Source: Sphingopyxis sp. (GTDB taxonomy: Bacteria > Pseudomonadota > Alphaproteobacteria > Sphingomonadales > Sphingomonadaceae). From it: a DNA stretch of 64,000 nucleotides. The stretch covers positions 8,830 through 72,829 of the forward strand of contig NZ_JAOZVW010000020.1 of assembly GCF_025869345.1 (NCBI RefSeq). The letters are read 5' to 3'. The stretch's first letter is position 1. Each line of letters begins with the position of its first letter. The position numbers and the translations under genes are program-made. Of this stretch, positions 47,863 through 56,685 are shown one piece after another. The notes beneath the pieces were generated by a model. The model made no database searches. It saw only the letters and a list, made by a program, of their open reading frames with translations, and had not been told where the DNA came from.

Positions 47863-47966
47863 ATTCCCCGAGCGAAGCCGAGGGGCTTGTTCGAGCGTAG
47901 CGAGAACCTCGCACCGTCGTCGCCTCGACTTCGCTCGGCATCGCCCCTCGGCTTCGCTCGGGGAAT
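47863..47966. repeat. palindromic intergenic repeat, family E
   Basis: ATTCCCCGAGCGAAGCCGAGGGGCTTGTTCGAGCGTAGCGAGAAC...GCCCCTCGGCTTCGCTCGGGGAAT. Confidence 0.9.
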
Positions 47967-47990
47967 CGGATCAACTTATAGCGTTATGCC

Positions 47991-50207
47991 TTAATTCCCC
48001 TCACCATTCGCCGGGCGCTGCGGTGGCTGCCCCTTTTGTGCCGGCGGGGGCGGCGCCTTGGGCGCCGGAATCGTTATGAGCTTGCCTTGCGGCGCCGCCT
48101 TGGGTGCCGCGTTCGCATCGGGCGGCGGCGGGCGGCGGCCGGTCTGTTCCTCGATCCATTGCTGGTTGAGCACCGGACCCTCGTCCTGCGGCGGCGGGGG
48201 CGGCGCGTCGCCCTGCTGCGGCGGGCGGCTGTCGTAAGGCAGCTCGATCGGCATACCATTGTCGTCGGTCAGCCCTTCGTCGCCCGGCTCGCCCAGATAG
48301 GCGTCGCCTTCGTCCTCGAGCTGCCATTCGGGCAGCTTGACCTCGGTATCGAAGGGTTCGACCGGGCGCCGCGCGACCGCGACGCGCATATAATCGGCAA
48401 AGGCCTTGGCCGGCGCGCGGCCGCCCTGCAGCCCGCCGACCGGCTTCGCATCGTCGCGGCCCATCCAGACGCCGGTGGTCAGCCCGCTCGAAAAGCCGAG
48501 GAACCAGCCGTCCTTGTTGCTCGACGTCGTGCCGGTCTTGCCCGCGACCGGGCGGCCGATCTGCGCCGCGCGGCCGGTGCCGGTGGCGACCGCGGTCTGG
48601 AGCAGGTCGGTGATCCCGGCGGCGACCCATGTGTCGACCAGCGTCTGCCCGCGCTCGGCCGGCCGCTGATAGAGCAGTCGCCCGTCGGCGGTCGTGACCT
48701 TGGTGATCGCATAGGGCTGGGCGGAAACGCCCTTGCGCGCGACCGAGGCAAAGGCGGCGGTCATGTCGATCACCCGCACCTCGGCGCTGCCCAGCACCAT
48801 CGAGGGGTGGGTGTTGATCGGCGTCGTGATGCCGAAGCGGCGCGCCATGTTGGCGACCGCCGAAAAGCCGACCTCGTCGCCCAGCTTCGCCGCGACGGTG
48901 TTGACCGAATAAGCGAAGGCGGTGCGCAGGCTCATCGGTCCCGCAAAGCGCCCCGACGAGTTGCGCGGGCTCCAGCCGTTGATCGTCACCGGCTCGTCGA
49001 CCACCTGGTCGTCGACCTTATGTCCCGCTTCGAGTGCGGCCATATAGACGAACAGCTTCCACGCCGATCCGGGCTGGCGCAGCGCCTGCGTCGCGCGGTT
49101 GTAGTTCGACGCGACATAGTCGGTGCCGCCGACCATCGCGCGCACCGCGCCGTCGCGGTCGATCGACACCAGCGCCGCCTGCACCCCCTTCGGCGTGTCG
49201 GCCTGAATCGCCGCGGTCGCCGCGCGCTGCATGCCGAGGTCGAGCGTGGTAAAGACGTCGAGCGCCTCGCTGCCCTCATCGATCAGCATGTCGAGCTGCG
49301 GCAGCGCCCAGTCGGTGAAATAGCGCGCGCTGTTCTGCCCGGTCTCCTGCGCGAGCTGGACGTCGGCGGGCTTGGCGCTGTCGGCCTGCGACTGGGTGAT
49401 GAAGCCCGCGTCGACCATCGTTTCGAGCACGACCCCCGAGCGGCCGAGCGCGGCGGCGGCGTCGGCGGTCGGCGAATAGCGCGACGGCGCCTTGACCAGC
49501 CCCGCGACCACCGCGGCCTCCGACAGCGACATTTCGGTCGCGCTATGCCCGAAAAAGCGCCGCGACGCGGCGTCGATGCCATAGCTGCCGCCGCCGAAAT
49601 AGACCTTGTTCAGATAGAGCTCGAGCAGCTCGTCCTTCGAGAATTTCCATTCGAGCGCGAGCGCGAGCACCATCTCGCGCGCCTTGCGCGTCCAGGTGTA
49701 GCTGTTCGACAGGAAGATGTTGCGCGCGAGCTGCTGGGTGATCGTCGAGGCGCCCTGCATCCGGCGGCCGGTGCCATAATGTTCGACCGCGAACACCGCG
49801 GCGCGGCTCATGCCGACGGGGTCGATGCCGGGATGATAGCGAAAACGGCGATCCTCGACCGCAACCATCGCGTCCTGCATCACCTGCGGCGTCTCGGTCA
49901 GCGTCAGCCAGCGGCCGTAATTGGGGCCGAGCGAGAGAAAGACGGTGCCGTCGGCGGCGTGGACGCGGATCGTCTGCCCGGCGGGCGATTTCTTGAGCTC
50001 CTCGAAGCTCGGGATGCGCTGCACCGCGATGCCGACCGCGACCGCGATCGCGACCGCGCCGACGAAAGCAAGGCCGAGGCCCCAGCGGAAAAGCCGCCGG
50101 AGCCAGATACGGACGCGCGACGGACCGCCGGACGGGCCTTTGCCCGGCCCGCCCTTGCCCGACGATGACGATTTACCTGCCGATGCCTGCTGTCGTTCGC
50201 GGCGCAA
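47991..50207 (-). CDS. class A penicillin-binding protein (PBP1A family transglycosylase/transpeptidase)
   Basis: GT51 motif EDRRFRYHPGIDP. Transpeptidase motifs SAWK (SxxK), SVN (SxN) and KTGTT. Pro-rich C-terminal tail. Confidence 0.93.
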   Translation of the reverse strand: MRRERQQASAGKSSSSGKGGPGKGPSGGPSRVRIWLRRLFRWGLGLAFVGAVAIAVAVGIAVQRIPSFEELKKSPAGQTIRVHAADGTVFLSLGPNYGRWLTLTETPQVMQDAMVAVEDRRFRYHPGIDPVGMSRAAVFAVEHYGTGRRMQGASTITQQLARNIFLSNSYTWTRKAREMVLALALEWKFSKDELLELYLNKVYFGGGSYGIDAASRRFFGHSATEMSLSEAAVVAGLVKAPSRYSPTADAAAALGRSGVVLETMVDAGFITQSQADSAKPADVQLAQETGQNSARYFTDWALPQLDMLIDEGSEALDVFTTLDLGMQRAATAAIQADTPKGVQAALVSIDRDGAVRAMVGGTDYVASNYNRATQALRQPGSAWKLFVYMAALEAGHKVDDQVVDEPVTINGWSPRNSSGRFAGPMSLRTAFAYSVNTVAAKLGDEVGFSAVANMARRFGITTPINTHPSMVLGSAEVRVIDMTAAFASVARKGVSAQPYAITKVTTADGRLLYQRPAERGQTLVDTWVAAGITDLLQTAVATGTGRAAQIGRPVAGKTGTTSSNKDGWFLGFSSGLTTGVWMGRDDAKPVGGLQGGRAPAKAFADYMRVAVARRPVEPFDTEVKLPEWQLEDEGDAYLGEPGDEGLTDDNGMPIELPYDSRPPQQGDAPPPPPQDEGPVLNQQWIEEQTGRRPPPPDANAAPKAAPQGKLITIPAPKAPPPPAQKGQPPQRPANGEGN

Positions 50208-50254
50208 ACAAAATCCTTCCCTCGCTCCGCCCCGGATATTTCAGGCCGGCAGGG

Positions 50255-50662
50255 TCAGCCCGCGCCGGCTTTTGCCTCATCCTGCCCGCGCTCGGCGAAG
50301 TCAAGCGCCGCGCTGTTGATGCAGTAACGCAGCCCGGTTGGCCCGGGGCCGTCGGGAAAGACATGGCCGAGGTGACCCTCGCATTTCGCGCAGCGCACTT
50401 CGGTGCGGACCATGCCGTGGCTCTGGTCGGTCAGTTCGGTCACCGCGCTCGCGGCGGCGGGCGCGGTATAGCTAGGCCAGCCCGACCCGCTGTTATATTT
50501 GGTGCGGCTGTCGAACAAAGGCTCGCCGCAGCCGGCGCAGCGATAGACGCCGTCGCCCTTGTGGTCGGTATATTTGCCGGTGAAGGCGCGCTCGGTGCCG
50601 CCCTCGCGCAGCACATGATGCGCCATGGGGTCGAGCGGCTTGTCGGTTTGCGGGTCGGTCAT
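50255..50662 (-). CDS. msrB: peptide-methionine (R)-S-oxide reductase
   Basis: 135 aa. Two CxxC pairs ([21 protein letters not shown]) and the RYCINS active site. Confidence 0.95.
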   Translation of the reverse strand: MTDPQTDKPLDPMAHHVLREGGTERAFTGKYTDHKGDGVYRCAGCGEPLFDSRTKYNSGSGWPSYTAPAAASAVTELTDQSHGMVRTEVRCAKCEGHLGHVFPDGPGPTGLRYCINSAALDFAERGQDEAKAGAG

Positions 50663-50750
50663 GGTCGAAACTCCTTGCGGTGGCGTCGAACGGCGCCCGG
50701 CTGGACCCTATATCGGCCCGGCGCCCTGTCGCCACAAGGGGCTTCGATCC

Positions 50751-50920
50751 GGTTCACGCGGAGACGCGGAGGCGCGGAGAAAGACGGCTCGGGCCGGCAG
50801 GCCCCTTGTCCAGCAACGATGCTCTTGGGCGCTCCGACGGAATCGACAGCCGCTTTGCGGCATATCTTCTCTCTCCGCGCCTCCGCGTGAACTGAAATCC
50901 TCTGCGCTCTCTGCGCGAAT
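50751..50920. repeat. palindromic intergenic repeat, family F (CGGAG subfamily)
   Basis: GGTTCACGCGGAGACGCGGAGGCGCGGAGAAAG ... CTTCTCTCTCCGCGCCTCCGCGTGAAC, plus a terminal TCCTCTGCGCTCTCTGCGCGAAT module. Confidence 0.85.
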
Positions 50921-50923
50921 CCC

Positions 50924-52012
50924 CTAAATACGCGTCACCCGCGACACCAGCCGCACAAGGGGCGGGAAAGCAGCGGCGACCGAGGTCAGCAGGCCCGTGC
51001 TGCGCGGAGTTTCGCCCGCACGCCAGATCAGGTTGGCGAGCGCGAAGGGGCGAGTCATGCGGGCGGCGAGGGCCTGCTGGAAAGCGGGTGCTTCTGCGGG
51101 GCCGCCGTGCCGCCATGCCGCCACCGCCGCCCCGGCACTCGCGAGCGCCAGCCCCATGCCCTCGCCCGCGAGGCTGGGGATGACCCCAGCCTGATCGCCG
51201 AGCTTGAACAGCCCCGGGACCGTATCGGTCGTCCGCCAGCCATAGGGGACATGGCCGATCGCATCGACGGGGCGCGTCCAGTCGGCCTGCGCGAGCCGTT
51301 CGCCGAGCGGCGGCAGCGCGTCGCCGAGCGCGCGGAGCAGCGCCGCCGGATCGCCGCCCGCTTCGTCGAGGCGCGATTTATGGACCGCGAGGCACAGGTT
51401 GCCGCTGCCGTCCTCCTGCCGCACCAGCCCGGCATAGCCGCGATCGAAGAGGTGAAGCTCGACCGCATCGCCGACCAGCCGCGCGAGCACCGGGTGCGCG
51501 GGAAGCCGCAGCCGCAGGCCGATGACGGGGTCGGCGCGCTGCCAGCGCGCGGGCTCGCGCGGAAATCCGCGAAAGCCATGCTTGCCCGCCGCGAGGAAAA
51601 GCGAAGGCGCCGTCAGCGTCGCGCCGTCGCGCGTCTGCACGGTGCCGCCCTCGATCGCGGTCGCATGAACCCCGCGTTCCAGCCCCGCGCCCGCGGCGAC
51701 GGCGGCCGCCTGCAAGGCGCCGTCGAGACGGCGGCGCGACACGCCCATCGCTGCGCCGGGCAGCTTCGTTTCGCTCGACCGCTGCCCCGCGAACAGCCGC
51801 ACGTGCGTGACCGCCTGCCCGCCGAGAACGGCGCGATCGATCCCGAGCGCTTTGAGCCGCGCAAGCGTCCGCCAGCTCAGGAAACCGCCGCACAGCGCGT
51901 CGCCGGTCTCGCGCGATCGTTCGAGCAGCAGCGGCTTCGCACCGGCCCGCGTCAGCCCGATCGCCGCCGCCGACCCGGCGGGTCCGGCGCCGACGATAAA
52001 CGCATCGCTCAT
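50924..52012 (-). CDS. FAD-dependent oxidoreductase/monooxygenase (third gene of the type III PKS operon)
   Basis: MSDAFIVGAGPAGSAAAIGL (GxGxxG Rossmann motif). ATGA overlap with the methyltransferase stop. Only the Met at 52012 gives a sensible N-terminus. Confidence 0.8.
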   Translation of the reverse strand: MSDAFIVGAGPAGSAAAIGLTRAGAKPLLLERSRETGDALCGGFLSWRTLARLKALGIDRAVLGGQAVTHVRLFAGQRSSETKLPGAAMGVSRRRLDGALQAAAVAAGAGLERGVHATAIEGGTVQTRDGATLTAPSLFLAAGKHGFRGFPREPARWQRADPVIGLRLRLPAHPVLARLVGDAVELHLFDRGYAGLVRQEDGSGNLCLAVHKSRLDEAGGDPAALLRALGDALPPLGERLAQADWTRPVDAIGHVPYGWRTTDTVPGLFKLGDQAGVIPSLAGEGMGLALASAGAAVAAWRHGGPAEAPAFQQALAARMTRPFALANLIWRAGETPRSTGLLTSVAAAFPPLVRLVSRVTRI

Positions 52013-52752
52013 CGGATGCGCTCGACGCAAAGACGCCAAGGGAAGCTGCGGAAGATGCGGCATTCGCTTGCCACGTCGGGCAGCGCGTCGGCGAGCATCG
52101 CCTGCCATTCGGCGCGGCGGAAGCTGCGCCCGACCGAAAGCTGCCCGTCGCGCCGCACGATGGGGTCGGCGAAGGCGAGCCGCGCGAGCAGCGGAAAGCC
52201 CGCGAAGGGCAGGCGCTGGCGGTGAAGGTCGTTGACCAGCCAGCCGCGCGCGCATTCCGTATCCATGAAGCGCAGGAAATCGCGGCGCTGCCCGGCGCTC
52301 ATATGGTGGGCGACGAGGCTCGACAGGATGATGTCCCATCCCTGCCCCGCCAGATCGCGGTAATCGCCGGTGATCAGCCGCGCCCGGTCGCCGAGCCGCG
52401 CTGCGGCTACCGGCGCGCTTTTCGGATTGAGGTCGACCCCGGCGAGATCGAGCGCCACCCCGCGCGCATCGCCCCAGCGCGCGATTCGGGCGAGCATGTC
52501 GCCCGCGCCGAAGCCGACGTCCAGGATGCGCCACGGCTTCGCGTCGCTTCCCCCTGCCCCGCCGCCCCCTGCCCTGCCGCTACGCGCGCAAACGCGGTCG
52601 AGAAAGCCCAGGGTCGGCCGCCGCGCAAGCGTCAGTGCGTTGACCCGCGACAGGTCGGCGAGCACTTTGGCATAGCGTGCGGGCGAAAGCTCGGCCGCGT
52701 CCATCTCCTCCTCGCGCTCGATCGGACTGGCGAGGCTGGTGAAGGGGTTCAT
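52009..52752 (-). CDS. class I SAM-dependent methyltransferase
   Basis: 247 aa with SAM motif I ILDVGFGAGDM. ATGA overlaps at both ends. Confidence 0.85.
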   Translation of the reverse strand: MNPFTSLASPIEREEEMDAAELSPARYAKVLADLSRVNALTLARRPTLGFLDRVCARSGRAGGGGAGGSDAKPWRILDVGFGAGDMLARIARWGDARGVALDLAGVDLNPKSAPVAAARLGDRARLITGDYRDLAGQGWDIILSSLVAHHMSAGQRRDFLRFMDTECARGWLVNDLHRQRLPFAGFPLLARLAFADPIVRRDGQLSVGRSFRRAEWQAMLADALPDVASECRIFRSFPWRLCVERIR

Positions 52753-53828
52753 GCCTCGAACCGGATCGCTTCGGCGGCGAGGCCGGGGCCGAAGGCGATG
52801 GCGATCCCTTCCCCTTTCGCGCCGCGCGCCATCATCGCGGCGAGCACGAACAGGATCGTCGCCGACGACATGTTGCCGAAGCGGGCGAGCACCGACCGGC
52901 TATCGGTGAGTGCCTGCGCCGGCACCGCGAGCGCGTGCTCGACCGCGTCGAGCACCGAACGCCCGCCGGCGTGGACCGCGAGCAATGGCGGCGGGCCGGC
53001 GGCGCCGAACAGGTCGCGTTGCACATCGCGGCTGGCCAACGCCTCGCGCAGCCGCCCCGGCACCTCGCCCGACAGATGCATCTCGAAACCCTTGTCGCCG
53101 ATGTCCCAGCGGATCAGCTCGGCGCTGTCTTCGAGCGCGAGGCTGCGGCTCTCGCCCAGGACGAGCCCGCCGGGCGCCGCCGACACGATGCCCGCCGCGG
53201 CGCCATCGCTGAACTGGAGCATCGCGAGCAAAGGCTCGGGCTGGTCGGCGAGGCTGAGGTGCAGCGTCGACAGCTCGACGCTCACCACCAGCACGACCGC
53301 CTCGCTCTGCGACCGCACGATATGCCGCGCGGTGCGCAGCGCGGTCACCCCGGCATAGCAGCCCATGAAGCCGATCAGCACGCGCTCGACCGTCGGCGCC
53401 AGCTTCAGCCGCCGCGCGAGGATCTGATCGATCCCCGGCGCGACGAAGCCGGTGCAGCTCGCGACGACGATATGGGTGATGCGCGCGGAATCGAAGACCG
53501 CGCCGAGCGCCGCGATCGCCTGCATCGCAAGGTCGGGCGCATAGTCGGCATAGGCCGCCATCCGCGCCGAGGTCGGCGGCAGGCCGGGCACGTCGTAAAA
53601 GCCGCCCGCCGCGACCGGCGATCCGCCAGCGGGCGTCGGCGGCAGCACCGACCAGCGATGGTCGATCCCCGACCGCGCCGCCATCCGCGCGAACAGCGCA
53701 CGGATGCGCGTGTCGGCGAGGCGCGGCGTCGCCCAGTCGATAAAGGCTCGATGGATGTCGTGATCGGGCACCGCCGTGGCGAGCGCGTTGAGCCGGATGG
53801 CGGGGGGGCGGCGCGGCGGGCTGCTCAT
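52749..53828 (-). CDS. type III polyketide synthase (chalcone/stilbene synthase family)
   Basis: 359 aa. Catalytic Cys (VVASCTGFVAPG), His (LLAVHAGGRSVLD) and Asn (FGNMSSATILF). Confidence 0.9.
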   Translation of the reverse strand: MSSPPRRPPAIRLNALATAVPDHDIHRAFIDWATPRLADTRIRALFARMAARSGIDHRWSVLPPTPAGGSPVAAGGFYDVPGLPPTSARMAAYADYAPDLAMQAIAALGAVFDSARITHIVVASCTGFVAPGIDQILARRLKLAPTVERVLIGFMGCYAGVTALRTARHIVRSQSEAVVLVVSVELSTLHLSLADQPEPLLAMLQFSDGAAAGIVSAAPGGLVLGESRSLALEDSAELIRWDIGDKGFEMHLSGEVPGRLREALASRDVQRDLFGAAGPPPLLAVHAGGRSVLDAVEHALAVPAQALTDSRSVLARFGNMSSATILFVLAAMMARGAKGEGIAIAFGPGLAAEAIRFEA

Positions 53829-53911
53829 GGCGCTGGTTAGACCGAAAAGAGGGGCACCACCAGCCGCTAAGCGCGCCCGCGGCTTTACCCCGGATTAACC
53901 ATGGCGATGCT

Positions 53912-54439
53912 ATGGCCGCGCCCGTGAAACTGCGCTTTTTGCCCGCTTTTTTCCTCTGCCTCGCCGCCCCTTCAGCGGCCGCGGCACAGTGCATGTTGTG
54001 CGGCAAGCCCGACAGCGGCCCGGCGGCGCCGAGTCGCAAGGCCGACACGCCGCTTCGCATCGACATCGAAACCCAGCTCGACATGGGCCGCGTCGCGGCG
54101 GGCGGGGGCGGCGGAGAGGTCGCGCTCGACCCCGTCACCGGCGCGCGCCGCCTCAGCGGCGACGTCCGCGACCTCGGCGGCTTCGCGGTGACGGGCACCG
54201 TCACGGTGCGCGGCGAACCCGGCGCCGAAGTGCGCGTCTTTCTGCCGACGTCGGTCGATCTCGAAAGCGGTAGCGGCGGCACGGCGCGCGTCACCGGCCT
54301 CGCCACCGACCTCGGCGCCGCCCCGCGCCTCGGCCCCGATGGCCGGCTTCAGTTCCGTTTCGGCGGGCGTTTGCAGGTCGCGGGCAGCGGCGACGGCGAT
54401 TATCGCGGGCGCATTCCGGTGACGGTGGAATATCAATAG
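53912..54439 (+). CDS. secreted DUF4402/SCPU-like beta-sandwich protein
   Basis: Signal peptide (LPAFFLCLAAPSAAAA). C-terminal GDYRGRIPVTVEYQ resembles the G-Y-G-x-f-x-V-x-V-x-Y ending of DUF4402/spore-coat-U-like proteins. Confidence 0.55.
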   Translation: MAAPVKLRFLPAFFLCLAAPSAAAAQCMLCGKPDSGPAAPSRKADTPLRIDIETQLDMGRVAAGGGGGEVALDPVTGARRLSGDVRDLGGFAVTGTVTVRGEPGAEVRVFLPTSVDLESGSGGTARVTGLATDLGAAPRLGPDGRLQFRFGGRLQVAGSGDGDYRGRIPVTVEYQ

Positions 54440-54488
54440 GATTAACGGCCGCTTTGGGGTGGGGAGCGGACGTGGTGACACAAACTTT

Positions 54489-54580
54489 CGTCATCCCGGG
54501 CTTGACCCGGGATCCCGCTTTTTTCGCGAATGGACGGCCCTCAACCTCAAGCGGGACCCCGGATCAAGTCCGGGGTGACG
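54489..54580. repeat. palindromic intergenic repeat, family A (longer centre)
   Basis: CGTCATCCCGGGCTTGACCCGGGATCCCGC ... GCGGGACCCCGGATCAAGTCCGGGGTGACG. Confidence 0.88.
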
Positions 54581-54629
54581 ATGATGGATAAGGCAGCGAT
54601 CGGTCGAAACCCGCCAAGCCTGCCGGCTC

Positions 54630-55292
54630 TTATCCCCGCGCCCCGAACAGCGCCGTCCCGACGCGCACATGCGTCGCGCCGAGCATCACTGCACGTTCGT
54701 AATCGCCGCTCATCCCCATCGAGCGCAGCGGCAGGTCATGGCGCTCGGCCAGTTCGTCGAGCAATGCGAAATAGGGTGCGGGTTCGACGTCGGCAGGCGG
54801 GATCGCCATCAGGCCGTCGATCTTCAAACCCGCCGCGACCGCTTCGGCGAGCAGCGCGGGCAGGTCGCGCACCGCGCAGCCGCCCTTCTGCTCCTCGTCG
54901 CCGATATTGACCTGGACGAAAAGCTGCGGCCGCTTGCCGGTCTTTTCGCAGGCTTTTGCAAGCGCCTGCACCAGCGACGAGCGGTCGACCGAATGGATCG
55001 CGTCGAACAGCATCACGGCTTCTTCGGCCTTGTTCGATTGAAGCTGGCCGATCAGGTGGAGTGTGATGTCCGCGGCTTCGGCCCGCAGCGCGGGCCATTT
55101 CGCCGCCGCCTCCTGCACGCGATTTTCGCCGAAATGGCGCTGGCCCGCCGCGATCAGCGGGCGGATGGCGTCGGCGTCGTGGGTCTTCGACACCGCGATC
55201 AGGCAGATATCCGCGGGCTTTCGCTGTGCGCGCTTCGCCGCGTCCGCGATTGCCGTCTTCACCTCGGCCAGCCGTTCCGCCGCATCGTCCAT
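54630..55292 (-). CDS. yggS: YggS family pyridoxal-phosphate homeostasis protein
   Basis: 220 aa. ...LIAVSKTH..., HFGENRVQE, ...HLIGQLQSNK..., MGMSGDYE are typical YggS/PROSC motifs. Confidence 0.92.
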   Translation of the reverse strand: MDDAAERLAEVKTAIADAAKRAQRKPADICLIAVSKTHDADAIRPLIAAGQRHFGENRVQEAAAKWPALRAEAADITLHLIGQLQSNKAEEAVMLFDAIHSVDRSSLVQALAKACEKTGKRPQLFVQVNIGDEEQKGGCAVRDLPALLAEAVAAGLKIDGLMAIPPADVEPAPYFALLDELAERHDLPLRSMGMSGDYERAVMLGATHVRVGTALFGARG

Positions 55293-55351
55293 ATGCTCGT
55301 CCTTAAAGGGCGCGCGTTGCGCGCGCTCGCGACGCGCCTATAGGAAGGGCG

Positions 55352-55990
55352 ATGGTCCCGCGCCACCCTCTTGCCCGCAAGCCTGCCCCCGGATTGCCGC
55401 GTGCCTGGCTGTTCAGCGACGAGCGGACGGCCGCGGGCATCGCCGAACTCGCCGCGATCCTGCCCCCCGGGAGCGGCATCGTCTTTCGTCACGACCGGCT
55501 CGCACCGGGCGCGCGCTGGCGGATGTTCCGGCGGCTGGCGCGAATCGCGCGGTCGCGGAAGCTGCTGTTGCTGCTCGCCGGACCGCCCGCGCTTGCGAAG
55601 CGCTGGGGGGCCGATGGCGTCCATCTCCGCCAGCCGCTTGCGTGCCGCGCGGGGACGGCGCATCGGCTCGGCCTGATGGTCGCCATGCCGGTGCACGACG
55701 GGCGCGAAGCGCGCGCCGCGCGCCGCGCGGGCGCCGACGCGGTCTTCGTCTCGCCGCTCTACCCGACGCGCTCGCATCCGGGCGCGCCGGCGCTCGGGCG
55801 TGCGGCGTGGTTGCGGCTTGCCCGGCTGGCGGGGGCGCAGCCGGTCGCGCTCGGCGGCATGACCCCGGCGCGGGCGCGGGCGCTGCGTCTTGCGGGCGCG
55901 CGCGATGCCGGCTGGGCGGCGATCGACAGCTGGGATGAAAAGGCCGCGCGGCGGCGGACGCGTCAGAAGCGGAAGGCGGTTCCGACGTAG
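55352..55990 (+). CDS. thiamine-phosphate synthase family (ThiE-like) protein
   Basis: 212 aa. ...GADGVHL..., ADAVFVSPLYPT.SHPG and ...PVALGGMT... resemble the ThiE fold. Confidence 0.7.
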   Translation: MVPRHPLARKPAPGLPRAWLFSDERTAAGIAELAAILPPGSGIVFRHDRLAPGARWRMFRRLARIARSRKLLLLLAGPPALAKRWGADGVHLRQPLACRAGTAHRLGLMVAMPVHDGREARAARRAGADAVFVSPLYPTRSHPGAPALGRAAWLRLARLAGAQPVALGGMTPARARALRLAGARDAGWAAIDSWDEKAARRRTRQKRKAVPT

Positions 55991-56685
55991 ACGGCCTGGC
56001 TGTCGCGGCGCGAATCGGTCAGCGGCTGGACGCGCTCGTCGGTGCGATAGCGAACGCCCGCCGTGACATCGAGATTCCGGGTCAGGCGATAGCTGCTCAC
56101 CACATCGACATTCTGATCGTCGCCGGGGGCGGTGATGCGGTCGGTCGCGCCGGCCGGATCGCTCGCATGGCTGGTGACGCGCGTCGCGAAGCGCGACTTC
56201 CGCTCGGCCTGCTCGGGCGCCTTGGCGACCGGCAGATTGCGAAGGTCGACCCCGCGCGGCAGCGCCGGGGTGACGAATTTCTGGAAGCCGACCGATGCGC
56301 CGAGATTATAGGCGACCGGCGTGATCGCAATCGGCATGCTGGTGCGGCCCGTCGCCGCCAGCGCGGCGGTGCGCGCGGCGCTCGATGCGTCGTCGCGGGC
56401 GCGGATGACGACGGTGATGGCCCGATTCTCACGGGTCCGGTCGGTGATCGCGGGCGTGAAGCTGAAGCTCCGCCGCGCTTCCGCCGACATCTTGTTATAG
56501 CGCGCGATCAGGCGCTGATCACCCGAAGCGGGGGTGAACTGGCCGAGCAGGCTTTCGGACAAATGGGTATCGCGGGTGCGGTCGGCGCGGGTCATCGCGG
56601 CGAGGGCAGGGGGCAGCGCGACCGAAATCGCCGCGGCGGCGAACAGCCCTGCTTTCCAGAAATGTCGCGGCTTGCGCGCCATCAT
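55963..56685 (-). CDS. putative outer-membrane beta-barrel protein
   Basis: Signal peptide (AGLFAAAAISVALPPALAA), alternating beta-strand pattern and a C-terminal ...YVGTAFRF ending in aromatic Phe. Confidence 0.55.
   Translation of the reverse strand: MMARKPRHFWKAGLFAAAAISVALPPALAAMTRADRTRDTHLSESLLGQFTPASGDQRLIARYNKMSAEARRSFSFTPAITDRTRENRAITVVIRARDDASSAARTAALAATGRTSMPIAITPVAYNLGASVGFQKFVTPALPRGVDLRNLPVAKAPEQAERKSRFATRVTSHASDPAGATDRITAPGDDQNVDVVSSYRLTRNLDVTAGVRYRTDERVQPLTDSRRDSQAVYVGTAFRF

Noticed and set aside
46088-50168. 577-aa (46088..47821, -) and 710-aa (48036..50168, +) ORFs
   Set aside because: They lie antisense to SCO/YcgN/M48 and to PBP1A respectively. The composition is extremely Arg-rich and no family resemblance was seen.
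52535-52580. CCCCTGCCCC-type low-complexity run
   Set aside because: It lies inside the methyltransferase CDS and encodes a Gly/Ala-rich loop (RAGGGGAGGSD). There is no sign of a frameshift or a repeat element.
55963-55990. 28-nt convergent overlap of the ThiE-like gene and the outer-membrane protein gene
   Set aside because: Convergent 3' overlaps of this size are common in compact high-GC genomes. It may also reflect ordinary read-through of the ThiE-like ORF into a Lys/Arg-rich tail.
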